Assembly: GCA_002104905.1 (NCBI GenBank)
Contig: MCFE01000146.1
Location: 90,558-154,557, forward strand
Length of the DNA: 64,000 bases
Source of the DNA: Basidiobolus meristosporus CBS 931.73
Taxonomy: Eukaryota; Fungi; Basidiobolomycota
Reading direction: 5' to 3'
This document shows positions 1 through 11,999 of the stretch, piece after piece (positions within the stretch are counted from its first letter, which is position 1; the number at the start of each line of letters is the position of its first letter). The translations under genes and the position numbers were made by a program. Below the pieces are notes generated by a model. That model was not told where the DNA came from. It worked only from the letters and a program-made list of their open reading frames with translations, and did no database searches.

Positions 1-1048
1 ATGAAAGCTGCCTATTCTCTCCTAGAGAAGAAAGGTACTCAGAGATCAAGAGAGACTTCCTGGGAGTTGTGAGGATGCTGAGCAAACTGAAGTTATAACT
101 CTACATGACACACTTCATGCTGAAGACAGATGCCAAACCACTTTTAGGAATGATTAACAAGCCTGACCTACCACATAATGCAACAAGCTGTTGGATGGCA
201 TGGATGAAGATGTTTGACTTTGAAGTCAGATGTAGCGCTGGCACAACAAATGTTTTGGCTGATGCACTCTCTAGGAAGGGACCACAACTATTTGAAGACT
301 TGGACCCTGACTTTGATGATATGATTGATGCAGAGGTCCAACAGTTTGTTTATGACAGAGGAAAGATGACATAAATGCACATTGCATTTACTACAGCTCA
401 TCATCCTCAAACAAATAGAATGGTATAGAGAGGACATGGACCATTGATGAACTCTCTGGTCAAGACCAATGGGAATAATACAACACTGTGGCCACAGCAA
501 TTGTATCTTACACTCTGGGCAGATAGCATTACTATCAAGACAATGGTTGGATTATTGCCATTTAAGCTATTCTTTGGACATGACTGTATACTACCAGTTG
601 AATCAGACAAAGTCACCTGAAACACTTTGGATTGGAAATCTAATATTCAGACTGAAGACCTCCTAGCCACTTGTACACAGCCAATTGTTCACCATTACTT
701 AAATGTCAATAGTTATGCTCAACAACTCAGGGATACACAGCAGAGGGACAGAGTGCCCTTTGACAAGTCACACTCAAATGTTCAAAAACCATTTTCACTA
801 GGAGACCCAGTGTTACTGTATGACTCTACCTTTGACAGACAATGGAGTTGGAAGTTTGACAACATATGGACTGGCCCTACCTCATTTCCAAAGTGATTGG
901 AAATGCAAGCTACCACATATCTGAGCTTGACAACTTCAAACTAAGACTACCAGCTGAAGGCAACTAACTTCAGTTATTTAAGCACAGGAACTTTGCACAT
1001 CTATATCAGTTTGCTTTGACCTAAAATCAAAGCTGAGAGGGGGGTGGA
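1..1048 (+). mobile_element. Ty3/Gypsy LTR retrotransposon pol remnant (RNase H plus C-terminal part of integrase), degenerate and cut by the window start
   Basis: RNase H motifs FMLKTDAKPL and NVLADALSR (ORF 105-374). Integrase motif AFTTAHHPQTN follows about 370-430, and KFDNIWTGP lies in ORF 627-896. Stops and frameshifts throughout. A purine tract GAGAGGGGGGTGGA directly precedes the LTR. Confidence 0.9.
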
Positions 1049-1523
1049 TGTAGTGGGGTCACAGTGACAAATAGTGATAGATGTGCTCATTCCCATATTT
1101 TCTACTTGCATATTTTTCTACTACCCTTATTTTAGTATTATACCATTTGTCGTACTTGATTAGTACTATCCCATGAGTCAGCAACTATAATATCTGCTTA
1201 CCTTTGTGCATAGGTTATCCCAGACTCTATGTATTATTACTAAAAGTAGGTGCTTCTATATTAGGCAAGTACCTGCACCAATACCCATAACACTTGGCCA
1301 ATCTGTGCCTCTATTCTGACCACTTTCATACTATATATGGTATCTCTATGCTACATAGGTTTCAGATGAGTGATACCTAATTGATTGGATGCGCTGTGCT
1401 ACTTAGAACCTTCCAGTATCTACTTAGAGCGCTCTTAGCTCATTTTGATGTCAATTGAGGTTCTATTGATATCCAGAACCTTCTAGAACACCATGATCAG
1501 TAATCATTATCACAGTGCCTACA
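1049..1523 (+). repeat. 3' LTR of the Gypsy element (475 bp)
   Basis: Starts TGTAG immediately after the polypurine tract and ends CTACA (5-bp terminal inverted repeat). A homologous copy lies in reverse orientation at about 17443-17911. Confidence 0.8.
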
Positions 1524-1554
1524 GTGAATTTAGAGTGTTAATAGGCATACCAAG

Positions 1555-2160
1555 AGGTTGCAGCACTTCTTCAAGGGCAGTAGTTAAAAAATGCACTTAC
1601 ATATTGCAAGGATTTATTGCAAAGAAAGGCAGATGAAGTGCTATACCTTGCAGTGCTGGCTGCAGGTCAGGACCTATGGGAACTAGTGGGTGAAAAATGG
1701 CATAAAGCCATATGGTTCCTACCAAAGTCAAAACAAAAGTGTGCCCTGCCATATATATTTATGGAATAGTGGATTTTAATGGAACTTCTGTATGAGTATA
1801 AGGTTGGGCACAATGCTGGTGTGGGGCACAGGGAGTTGTATAAGGCAGTATAACTAGCAATTGAGTTACAACTGATTATTCAATGGGTTCAATCAATTTG
1901 TATGCTTGAGAAATACAAGCAGCATCTGGATCAGGATGTACAGAGTGTGAAAAAGAGGCAATAACCAATTGACTTAAACAAACAATGGAGGTGATTGAGT
2001 GTCCATGATCAAAATCTGGGACAATTGGTAAATAAGAAATCAAAAGCTACAAATGTAAAGTTGTGAGGAAGACTTTTGACTCAGCTTGCTGCAAAACTGA
2101 TAGAGGTGAAGGCAAAGGACATAAAGTCTATCCAAGCCTTAATCTGATAAGTGTGGCAAA
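1555..2160. repeat. Unclassified dispersed repeat family X, copy 1
   Basis: Aligns by eye with about 11580-11990 and 20085-20680 (shared ggtggattttaatgg...gcaattgagttacaactga...gtgtgaaaaagaggcaat). CpG-free. Confidence 0.7.
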
Positions 2161-2229
2161 AAGCAGTAGTTGTCACCAGTTAGCACTGTCAACCTAGACT
2201 TGCTCTTCACCCATTATTGCACTCATTTC

Positions 2230-2400
2230 TTGATTTTGCATTTGCTATTGAAACACAAATGAAAGATTAAGAATTTTCTACTTTGAAGGACTAAAGCTTC
2301 AGACCCTGACAAGCAATCCTCTGGAAAGCATTATATCATGTATAACACTCAGTAGCCAACATATGTTTTCAATACAGCTCATTTGAAGCATTACTTAAGG
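2230..2400. repeat. Unclassified dispersed repeat family Y
   Basis: tttgctattg...agaccctgaca...acactca.tagccaaca recurs at about 16940-17085. Confidence 0.55.
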
Positions 2401-3132
2401 AGTTATGATCAACAGATTCCAATTACCATAAATACCAGGCCTCTATTGCTTGAATTACAATGGGGAATTTGATTGCATGTATCTTTTAAATCAGCCAATC
2501 AAATCACATCTAATACTTACAGGAGCTGTGCATGTGTCCTCTCTGCACCACTGCAAAATTTAGCTTTGTAGCATGTATACTGCTTGGACAATGCCCCAAA
2601 ACCTTTGATCCTTCAGAACTTTTATATATATGAATTCCCCAGCTGAAAAATAAAGGAGTGCATCTCTTTCCAGAATCTCCACACTATAATCACAAGTTTA
2701 AAGGCTATATGACTTCCCCTGCATTGCTTGCACTGTTGTGTATTCTGACCCTGATTGGTACTACATCAGTAAAGAGATGGCATAGCTCACAAGAATCCAA
2801 TCTAAGTTCCACAAGAAAGCTACCACTTTTCTGTTGGAAAAGTCCCACATATGAAGCCCCTTCTCTATAAAAACCCCTTTAGAGACCCCTTTAAGAAGTC
2901 CCATTACACTAAAGAAGCCACTTTAGAGACCACTGCAAGAAGCCCTTTACTGTTAAGACACCTTGTTAAACATCCCTTTGGGTCTAAAGACCCCCTTAGA
3001 GACTTCTACACCACACTCCTTCAGGTTAGAGGGGAGACCAGAACTTCTACATTAGGATATGCTTCTGAGAAAGGAAAGTCATTTCTAAATAAGGGAAGTT
3101 TCTATAAAAGCAATAAGCCCAATAGTCTAAAG

Positions 3133-3482
3133 TATTGTAAGAGTCTTGGAGATATTGGAAGTGATTGGGAGGACAAGTAGATTATGTGGTTTTCACTTAA
3201 TGATTTATTGAATGTAAAAGTAGTATTTATACTTTTACCTGATCTTGGCATTACAAACATGTAGAATAGGTTAAGGAAGGTCCCAAGAACATGTGTGCAA
3301 AATTTGGGTCTGTTTGGACAACTTTGAGAATTTTCATGTTCTGTGTACCTGGTATTTTGGTGAAAATATTCCAAGTAAATCCCAACAAGGAATTTGGTCA
3401 GTATTCTCTAGGATTTGAAGGTAATGATCTAAGGGACTAAGTTAGGTGAATATTTAGGTGGAAATACAAACTTTTTACAACA
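3133..3482 (-). repeat. Copia 3' LTR
   Basis: About 96% identical to 7468-7817; ends TTACAACA on +, next to the PPT. Confidence 0.95.
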
Positions 3483-3493
3483 CTCCCACTCAG

Positions 3494-4981
3494 CTAAATG
3501 CTCACACTGACTAGTCCTAATTTTGACCTATGATATTCAAACTTGTCTCTAGCTAATGGTTTGGTAAATATGTCGGCAATCATTTCATCTGTAGGACAGT
3601 AAACTAAGCTAACTAAGTTATTCTTTATAGCTTCACGTATGAAATGATGTCTAATATCTATGTGCTTGGTTCTAGCATGAAAAGTTGGATTTCTACCTAA
3701 TTGTACACATCCTTGATTATCTTGAAATAAAGTAATAGGCGTTTTTTGACATAGGCCTAAATCTGTAAGCAGCTTTCTTAACCACATTGCTTCTTTTGTA
3801 GCTTCACAGGCTGCCATATACTCTGCCTCTGTGGTGGAAAGTGCTACGGTTGGTTGCTTTCTTGAATTCCATGAAATTGCTCCTTTACAGTAAAGAAAGG
3901 TGTATCCTGTGGTGGATCTTCTGTCTTCCAAATTTTGTCCCCAATCTGCATCAGAGTATCCCACAAGATCTTGTTCTGAGTCCTTATAAGTGTATCTTAA
4001 GCAAATATCAGTAGTTCCTTTTAGGTATCTAAAAATCCGCTCAACTGCTGCAATATGATCAGATCCATAGTTCTGATTATGTTGGCAGACAGCTCCCACT
4101 GAATATAAGATATCTGGACGTGTTCTAAGCATGATATACATCAGACTGCCAACCATAGATTGATAAAGAAAGTCAGGGCTTTCCAATGGCACCAAGCTCT
4201 CTTGATTTGGTTGAGTTTTGACCAAGTCAAGGTTTGTCTCCATTGGGGTAGCTGCCGGTTTCCAGTCTTCCATTTTGTACTTCTTTAGTATATCTTGAAT
4301 ATACTTGGATTGGCTTAGGGTAGTAGTCTGGGTACTTCTGTCTATGGAGAACTTAATCCCTAAGTAGTAACTAAGTTCTCCTAAATCAGACATCTTGAAC
4401 TCCTTAGATAGGCTGGATTTAGTTTCTTCCAATGTTTCTAGGTTATTGGCGGCTATAATAAGATCATCCACATATAGAGCTAATAGAACTGGATTTGCTC
4501 TATCTGGCTTATAGTACATACTATGGTCAGCATTACTTCTTTTGAAACTCAAAGATTCCAAATAAGAATCTATCTTGCAATTCCAGGCTCTCAGCAATTG
4601 TTTGAGACCATATAGTGACTTTTTAAGCTTGCAAACCAAATGGGGGTTATCTTGGTCAGCAAACCCATCAGGCTGGTCCATATACACGTCCTCATCAAGT
4701 TCTCCATTCAAAAATGCAGTTTTTACATCCATTTGATGAATAAAAAACTTATATTTGGCTGCAATAGCCAATATTAATCTGATGGAATTAAACTTGGCTA
4801 CAGGTGCAAAGGTCTCAGTATAGTCAAGTCCTTTTGTTTGAGAGTATCCTTTGGCCACAAGTCTTGCTTTGTATCTTTCAATTGTACCATAAGCCTTGTA
4901 TTTTGTCTTGTAGACCCATCTGCATCCAATTGATTTTTGGTTGTTTGGTAATTTGACTAAGTCCCAAGTTTGATTTTCCAT
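3494..4981 (-). CDS. Copia reverse transcriptase-RNase H (uninterrupted 495-aa stretch)
   Basis: YKARLVAKGYSQ, QMDVKTAFLNGEL, LYVDDLII, GYSDADWG, STTEAEYMA, HIDIRHHFIRE, MIADIFTK. Confidence 0.95.
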   Translation of the reverse strand: MENQTWDLVKLPNNQKSIGCRWVYKTKYKAYGTIERYKARLVAKGYSQTKGLDYTETFAPVAKFNSIRLILAIAAKYKFFIHQMDVKTAFLNGELDEDVYMDQPDGFADQDNPHLVCKLKKSLYGLKQLLRAWNCKIDSYLESLSFKRSNADHSMYYKPDRANPVLLALYVDDLIIAANNLETLEETKSSLSKEFKMSDLGELSYYLGIKFSIDRSTQTTTLSQSKYIQDILKKYKMEDWKPAATPMETNLDLVKTQPNQESLVPLESPDFLYQSMVGSLMYIMLRTRPDILYSVGAVCQHNQNYGSDHIAAVERIFRYLKGTTDICLRYTYKDSEQDLVGYSDADWGQNLEDRRSTTGYTFLYCKGAISWNSRKQPTVALSTTEAEYMAACEATKEAMWLRKLLTDLGLCQKTPITLFQDNQGCVQLGRNPTFHARTKHIDIRHHFIREAIKNNLVSLVYCPTDEMIADIFTKPLARDKFEYHRSKLGLVSVSI

Positions 4982-4990
4982 CAGTGCCTG

Positions 4991-7436
4991 TTATTCCTCA
5001 GTCATTGCAGATCTCCAAAACTTTGTCTGAGGGCTATTTAGGGCCTCTTTTACAGTCTGTGGTTCATCAATATGGACTGAATAGGCATAGGCTAAGTTTG
5101 TACCCTCATTGATATTGAAATTTGGGCTATTTCTTGTCCAATTGGATCTCCAGGCATTTGATACTGGAATGATCACTTCTGGGATATTCCTGGGCACTCA
5201 TTATGGCTGAACCATGGTTGTAGAGTCCTCTGGAGTGAAAAAATTTTCATTGTTTTGCTCTGATTCAATCCTGACAATTGGTGGACTTGAGATCAAATTT
5301 TTGTCATCATCTGATGTCATTTTTTGTGAGAATTTTGAATTTTCATCAAACAACACATCCCTAGACTTGATCAGCTTCTTTTCTTTGGTATTGTAGAGTC
5401 TGTATGCCTTACTCTCATTGCAGTAGCCCAAAAATATGTATTTTACACTTTTTGGCTCAAATTTTGACTGATTTCCGGCCAGTTTTTTGGCATATGCTGT
5501 ACACCCAAATATTCCTAGATCTTTTGCACTTGGTCTGTATCCATACCATGCTTCAAATGGAATAGAATCACAAAGTATTCTGCTGTAACTCCTATTTTTA
5601 AGATATACAGCAGTGGCAACTGATTCCACCCATAAATCATAGGATAATTTTTGATCATGGATCATAGATCTTGCCATATCAATTATTGATCTGTTAGCTC
5701 ATTCTGCTACTCCATTCTGCTGTGGGGAGTATGGTACAGTAGTCTCTTGCTTTATCCCATGAATTTTGCAGAAGTGGAAGAAGAGTTTTGAGGTATATTC
5801 TCCACCAATGTCAGAGCGTATTTTCTTGATTTTTCCACCAGTTTCTCTCTCCACCATGGCTTTGAACTCCCTGAGCTTAGACAGAGCTCCTTCCTTTCTC
5901 TCCATGAAGTAGACCCATGTGTATCTTGTATAATCATCAATAAAAGTGATTAAATACTTCATCCCACCTAAGGATAAATTTTGCATAGGTCCACACAGAT
6001 CTGAGTGAATCAGATCTAATTTTTTCTTAGTTTTGATTAACCCAGAGCTCTTCAACAGTTGTCTGGCTTGTTTCCCATATATGCAGGCTTCACAGTGCTC
6101 CAAATTAGCTGGGGGATCAATTTTCACTCCAGAAATTAGCTGATCTTTGATCATTTTGCGCAAATAATCAATATTGATGTGCCCAAATCTCCTGTGCCAA
6201 AGCATTGGTGTTTCTTCATTTGAGTTACTTATATTGGCTTCCAGATATGATGGAATATAAGTCAACTTGTATAGATTCTGATCTCTGATGCCCGAAGCAA
6301 TATGGGCACCATTTTGATCAGTGATCCTGCATCCAGAATGGTCAAAACTGAAACTGAGTCCTTCTGCTGTGGCCTAGCTTACAGAGAGTAGGTTCTTGGC
6401 TATTTCTGGTACATAGATTACTTCTTTAAAGGTGAGTGTATGGCTTCCTTAACTGCTTCTAAGGTTTACTTGGATAGTTTCTTCTCCCACTGCATCAAGT
6501 GTTCTATCATCACCCATGAAAACCTTCTTAAATGGAATTTCTTGATATTGGGTAAAAAGTTCTTTTTGGTGTGTAAAGTGTTGAGAAGCTCCGGAGTCAA
6601 TATACCACGTCTGAGAATCCTTGTTTGTGGTCATATTTAGTGCAGAAATGAATAGTCTATCTTCAGTTGTTGCAGCATTTCCATATTCAGGCTTCTTTGC
6701 TGATTATCTTTGTTTTTTAGACACCGGTCTGATGTGTGTCCTTTCTATTTGCAGTAGTTGCAAAATAGGTTGCTGTTGCCTTTGTAGGGTCTTGGGTACC
6801 TCCTTTGTTGGTTATCATTGCTTATTAAAGCATTCTCTTCTTCCTTCTTATTGGCGCTTGATTTTCTTAATTCTTCATCCAGGAGCCTTCCATATACATA
6901 ATTTAAGGTCAAATCTTCAGTTCTGGACTCTAGGGCTGATACAAGGCCCTGAAACTTGTCTGTCAGGCTATTCAGGATGGTAACTATCACATCCTCATCA
7001 GTAGTTGGTACGCCCACAGATTCCATCTCATCTACCAGCAGGGTAATTCTGTTAATTAGATTTTTCATTTCTTCTCCTGGTAGCATCTTTGTAGTAAAGA
7101 ATTTTTGTCTCAGATACATTTTTGTGGCAGCTGAACATGACTGTAGGTGTCTTCCAATGCTTTCCAGGCATTCTTTGCCATTTTTGCTCTTGAGCATTGA
7201 ATTAGCAATTTGTCTTTAACATTAAGGCAAATGCAGTTAAAGGCACTTTGTTCTTTCTTCTAGTACTTTAAGGCTTCCTCTCCCATGTTTTTAGGAGGGC
7301 ATTCTTCTCCCATGACAATATCCCAAAGGCCTCTTTCTTGTAGCAGCATCTTCATCTTCACCTTCCACACTTGGTAGTTAGATCCGTCCAACTTTTCAGC
7401 AGAGGGAAAAAATCCAGTAATAGCAGTAGTAGACAT
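4991..7436 (-). pseudogene. Copia gag-protease-integrase broken by stops
   Basis: KLDGSNYQVWKVKMKMLL (gag N-terminus), zinc knuckle CNYCK, DSGAS protease, HSDLCGPM / FIDDYTR / RSDIGGEY / PQQNGVAE integrase. Stops at about 7260, 6745, 6449, 5699, 5201 and 4991. Confidence 0.93.
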
Positions 7437-7454
7437 TGCAGAGAGTGACAGCTT

Positions 7455-7467
7455 GGAGCTCATAACC
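7455..7467 (-). promoter_or_regulatory. Primer-binding site complementary to the anticodon arm of initiator tRNA-Met (half-tRNA priming)
   Basis: GGTTATGAGCTCC follows the 5' LTR. The copy at 13786 reads GGTTATGAGCCCC and the copy at 53225 reads AGTTATGAGCCCC. This is the complement of GGGCTCATAACC in tRNAiMet, the Ty5/copia-type PBS. Confidence 0.8.
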
Positions 7468-7817
7468 TGTTGTAAGAGTCTTGGAGATATTGGAAGTGAT
7501 TGGGAGGACAAGTAGATTATGTGGTTTTCACTAAATGCTTTATTGAATGTAAAAGTAGTAGTTATATTTTTACCTGATCTTGGCATTACAAACACGTAGA
7601 ATAGGTTAAGGAAGGTCCCAAGAGCATGTGTGCAAAATTTGGGGCTGTTTGGACATCTTTGAGAATTTTCATGTTCTGGGTACCTGGTATTTTGGTGAAA
7701 ATATTCCAAGTAAATCCCAACAAGGAGTTTGGTCAGTATTCTTTAGGATTTGAAGGTAATGATCTAAGTGACTAAGTTAGGTAAATATTTAGGTGGAAAT
7801 ACAAATTTTTTACAACA
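7468..7817 (-). repeat. Copia 5' LTR
   Basis: TGTTG...CAACA termini; adjacent to the PBS. Confidence 0.95.
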
Positions 7818-8280
7818 TTAAGAAGGTCAGAACATTGCTATAGAAGTGAGAAACACTGCCTATGGTATATTTTAGCCTAAGATTGAGGAAATTAGTGAAA
7901 GTTATATCTTTTACTGGTATATCAAGCTCCCAGTAAACTATTCCAGCATTAGCATACTGGAGGTTGTTGTATATTGTTGATTAGCCTCTACACTGTAGAA
8001 CAAGCCACAAACTAATCATAATACAACACAACAGATCATGTGGAGAAAGGCACCTCCTACACCACAGCCTTAAAATCACTCCATCTAGACAGTGGGGAGA
8101 TCCCCTAGCCACAAAAGTAACAACATCAAGTAGTCAGAGCAGTTTCACAATGCCTATAATGTCAATACACTCAAAATACACTTTATTGGCTGTATTTAAA
8201 GCTAATAATGAGTGTTGTGCCAGATAGCACTGGTGGACCAAGACAGAGCTATGTATTTGTCAGCTATGCTGCCAATACCT

Positions 8281-11200
8281 AAAGCTGGGTATCATTCACA
8301 ACATGGACTCTCAAAATGGGCTAGAGAATGTTTTGTACCCCTGTGAAAAATAACTTGGTCCATGGGCAGATCCAATCTGGATCAGCCATCAGGATCCCAT
8401 ATAGAAGATGTCATAATATCAGCAGCTTAGAATTAGTGATCCTCTTGACAATTGTTCAACAGGATAACAACAGCTTTAGCTAATTTTTCTGCCAACTAAA
8501 GTGAAAAAACTTGACAGGGTATGATTTGTGTTCTAGTGATAAATGTATGGCATCGTTGTGGTCTTAATGCACTCAACAACTATTTTAAATAGATCTAGCT
8601 GGCCAGTATATCCAATTGCCTTATATGGCAAAAAACTTGAAAGTATTTTGACAACCTCATTACAAGTCTATGATGGCATTATCATGGCAGTATGGTGGCC
8701 AACAGCCAGTTCTGTAAAATGCTACCTTACAAATTTACCAAATGGTATATCCTTTTTCTACCTCCCCTTGCACATTTCATATATTGCACTGTAAAATCAC
8801 CTCTTGTTATTTGCTTACGCATTACTACCTTGGGTATTCCACATATGGCTCAAATAAAAAAAAACTATGGCCACCTGCTTATTATCCTCTACAAACACAC
8901 ACAACTGCCACAATATACATACTTCTTTCACCTCAACTTTACAGCTTTTTAGTGTGATACTTGCAAAGCTGCCATATACCTTGTACTGCTGGTAACATAT
9001 AGACCTTGCAAACATATGCTTAGTTGCCACCACTTCTGCCATGAATACCTCCCAAATATCCTCAAAGAACTTTTTGGCATTTGGCCAATATATTCCTTCT
9101 CCCTTCTGGATTCAAGTCCCCCTTGCAGGTGCGCTCTGGCTCTTGTTTATGTGAATTCCATATTGAATGGTAAAGAAGTGGCTTGTGACCAAGAGGAACC
9201 TGGCATACTTTGATTGAGCTTTCCTAATAAAATTAGTTGCTGGTGTACGCATCCCAACTTTGCATTGCTTATCTGCTTCTGGATAAATATTCCTACAATG
9301 TCCACATGTAGCTCCAAATACTTCCAATGTACTCTTGGTAGGAATGGCCTCAGAATGTCACTTCAATACATACATATCCAGTCCATCCGGTCATTTTGTT
9401 TGTATTGTTGCATATGCATATGAATATTTATTAGAGTCTGCAAGAGGTATGTAGGGTAGCAGATACTTTGTAATACTTTGCCAATTCTTTCAAACCTCTC
9501 CAGTATCTCAAATGGCTCATTTATTTTGAGGAACCTCATGTACAAGTTAGTCATCAGTATTAGAATATTGTTGAGAAGCAAATGGTATGGTAGTCTCTTG
9601 CTTTATCCCATGAATGTTGCAGAAGTGGATGAAGAATATTGAGGTATATTCTCCACCATTGTCAGAGTGTATTTTCTTAATTTTTGCACTAGTGTCTCTC
9701 TTAACTGTGGCTTTAAGCTCCCTGAACTTACACAGAGCTTCTTTCTATCTCTCCATGAAGTAGACGCACATGTATCTTGTGTAATGATCAGTAAAAGTGA
9801 TTAAATACTTCATCCTGCCTAAGGATAAGTTTTGCATAGGTCCACACAGATCCAAGTGAGTTACTCTAGTTTTTCTTAGTTTGGATTAACCCAGAGCTCT
9901 TGAACAGTTGTCTGGCTTGTTTCCCATTTATGCATGCTTCACAGTGCTCCAAATTAGCTGGGGATTAGTTTTACTCCGGAAATTAGCTGATCTTTGATCA
10001 TTTTGTACATTTAATCCAACTTGATGTGCCCAAATATCCTGTGCCAAAGCATTGGTGTTTCTTCATTTAAGTTACTTACATTGGCTTCCAAATATGATGG
10101 AATATCAGTCAACTTGTCTAGATTGTGATCCCTGGCATTCAAAGTAAAATAGGCACCATTTTGATCAGTGATCTTGCATTCAGAACTGCCAAAGCTGATA
10201 CTGAGTCCTTCTGCCATGGCCTTGCTTACAGATATCTGGCAGCAATACTTTCCATTGTGCCCAGAAAAGCTGTCTATCTTGTTCATGGCTGGAATATCTA
10301 CAATACATATGATAATATGTGCTCTGACATGACAGCCATTTACTGTTATCCCACTAGAAAGCATACAAAATTCATCCAGCAATGGATACAGCTAGCTATC
10401 CAGGTTAGACAGTGATTTAGGCCCATATACCAGTGAAACTACCATAAGATAGGCGGCGGATTCAGGTTGATGAGAATCAGTGGCCAGCAGGATAGGCTGG
10501 TAGAGTACTTGTTTAATACAATTCAATTGATTGCAAAGGCAAAGGCATGGTCATACATACCTTCAAAGTAGCCCTTGCTTCTTAGCTGTATGTAATGTAT
10601 GCCATTAAATAAATTGGATATGTATGCACTTGATTGATACTGAGTGCAGTACTTTATAGCTTTGCAATATTTGTTTGACAGCATGAGCTTCTTTAGATGG
10701 GGTACTACTGGAGTGTATCTGGAGTGTGAACCATGTTTTCCCTCAATTGTGGTGGACTCCTAGCAATTTGTACACATTGTAATGGTGGCATTTCTGGATG
10801 TGAATGCCATGCAACTGTTAACACATGCTGGAAGCTGGACAGTAACTGGGTCATATGTTGCCAGCTGCATGACAGTAGTCCACTTGGTCCATGTAAATGG
10901 TAAGTTGCATCCTGGAATGATTTTGGCAAGAAGTAGTAGTAAATTTTAAAAGCTCCCATTATTGATATTAGTGGAAATGCAGCACTTTTCTAGCCACAAC
11001 ATTGCACCATTCACCAGATGATGAGTTGTTGGACTCACTTAGCATTATAAAGTATCCTGAGCATTTGTTTCAGCAGGTGTTGTCTCATTGAACATTGGGA
11101 CTTGACCAGGCACATGCATGGTACTATTGTAAGAGGAGATAGGCTCACAATCCATTAGTGAGCTGTCTTTGTCATAGCTATCACTCTGCATGCCATATTC

Positions 11201-11600
11201 ACAAAGCTGAGGTGGGCCTAAAGGCATCACAAACTAACCTGCCTCAGTTTGCGCAAGGATACTAAGATAGCCAGGTGCCAATATAGTAGTACCAGCTGGC
11301 CAGCAAGATAATATTGTACAATAGTGACTGATGAGTGGTCAAACTTGAGTTGTGTGGCAAAACACTGGCCATGACCCTTGTAATACTTGCTATCCTATCT
11401 GTGTGCTTCATGGCTGAGAGGATTGCTGCAATAGCCAGATGGGCTTTTTTCTCTTCTCTTACAGTGTTGAATCAAAGTAGTCTTGTCCACAGGGCAAACA
11501 GCTTGCTCTTCAGCAATGTATTGCATTTTATCACTTTTTGGTCAATATTCATGTGTGTATAAGACAGTCTTGTACAATTAAAAGTGGCATAAAGCTGTTG
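8281..11600 (-). mobile_element. Degenerate CACTA/EnSpm-like DNA transposon (Tnp2/Transposase_21-like), interrupted by a Copia internal fragment
   Basis: RAHIIICIVDIPAMNKIDSFSGHNGKYCCQI (ORF 10011-10382) fits the D-x-PA...GH...CxxC motif. Downstream lie MLLNNIL...RIGKVLQS and DWICMY..ILRPFLPRVHWKYLELHV. Homologous pieces at 16.5-16.9k, 18.5-19.0k and 36.6-37.9k. Confidence 0.6.
9586..10232 (-). mobile_element. LTR-less internal fragment of the same Copia family (GAG-pre-integrase and integrase N-terminal part)
   Basis: Colinear with about 5730-6385 of the full-length copy; ETPMLWHRIFGHI motif present. Confidence 0.9.
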
Positions 11601-11990
11601 AGTTCCAGCCAAAATTGTGGAACCAGAGCGTTACAGCAGAAATACTTATTGAGTGGTGGATTTTAATGGAGCTACTTGTTGAGTGTGGGGTTGGGCTTAA
11701 TGTTAGTGTAAGGTATAGAGACTTGTATAGGTCAATAGAATTGGCAATTGAGGTACAACTGAAGCTTTAGTGTAAATAAATCAGTTTGTATGCATAAAAA
11801 TCAGAAGAAATGATTGAGTCAGGAAGTAAGTAGTGTGAAACAGAGGTAATAGCCAATCAATGTACACATATGTAGGAGGTGATGGAGTGTCTGGGATCAG
11901 AAAATGAGTAAATTGGCGGAGAACCAATCAAAAGCCACTAATATATTGTAGTGATGAGTGTTTTGACCAGGTTTTTTGTGAAATCTGGGA
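11580..11990. repeat. Repeat family X, copy 2
   Basis: Homologous to 1555-2160 and 20085-20680. Confidence 0.65.
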
Positions 11991-11999
11991 TGGAGTTAT

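Larger units (their letters stand above)
3133..7817 (-). mobile_element. Full-length but inactivated Ty1/Copia LTR retrotransposon (4685 bp)
   Basis: Two 350-bp LTRs (7468-7817 and 3133-3482) with about 15 substitutions between them. PBS at 7455-7467; PPT AGTGGGAG before the 3' LTR. Flanks TAAAG/TTAAG match at 4/5 positions (probable TSD). Domain order gag, protease (WYIDSGAS), GAG-pre-integrase (LWHRRFGH), integrase, RT, RNase H. Several in-frame stops in gag, protease and integrase. Confidence 0.97.

Noticed and set aside
2658-3130. ORFs 2658-2870 and 2851-3180 as a gene
   Set aside because: They lie in CpG-free low-complexity repeat sequence, run into the LTR and have no recognisable motif.
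3102-3374. ORFs starting MEYFHQNTRY (also the N-terminal extensions of 7260-7709 and 13658-13978)
   Set aside because: They are chance open frames inside the Copia LTR. The real gag start is downstream of the PBS (MSTTAITG).
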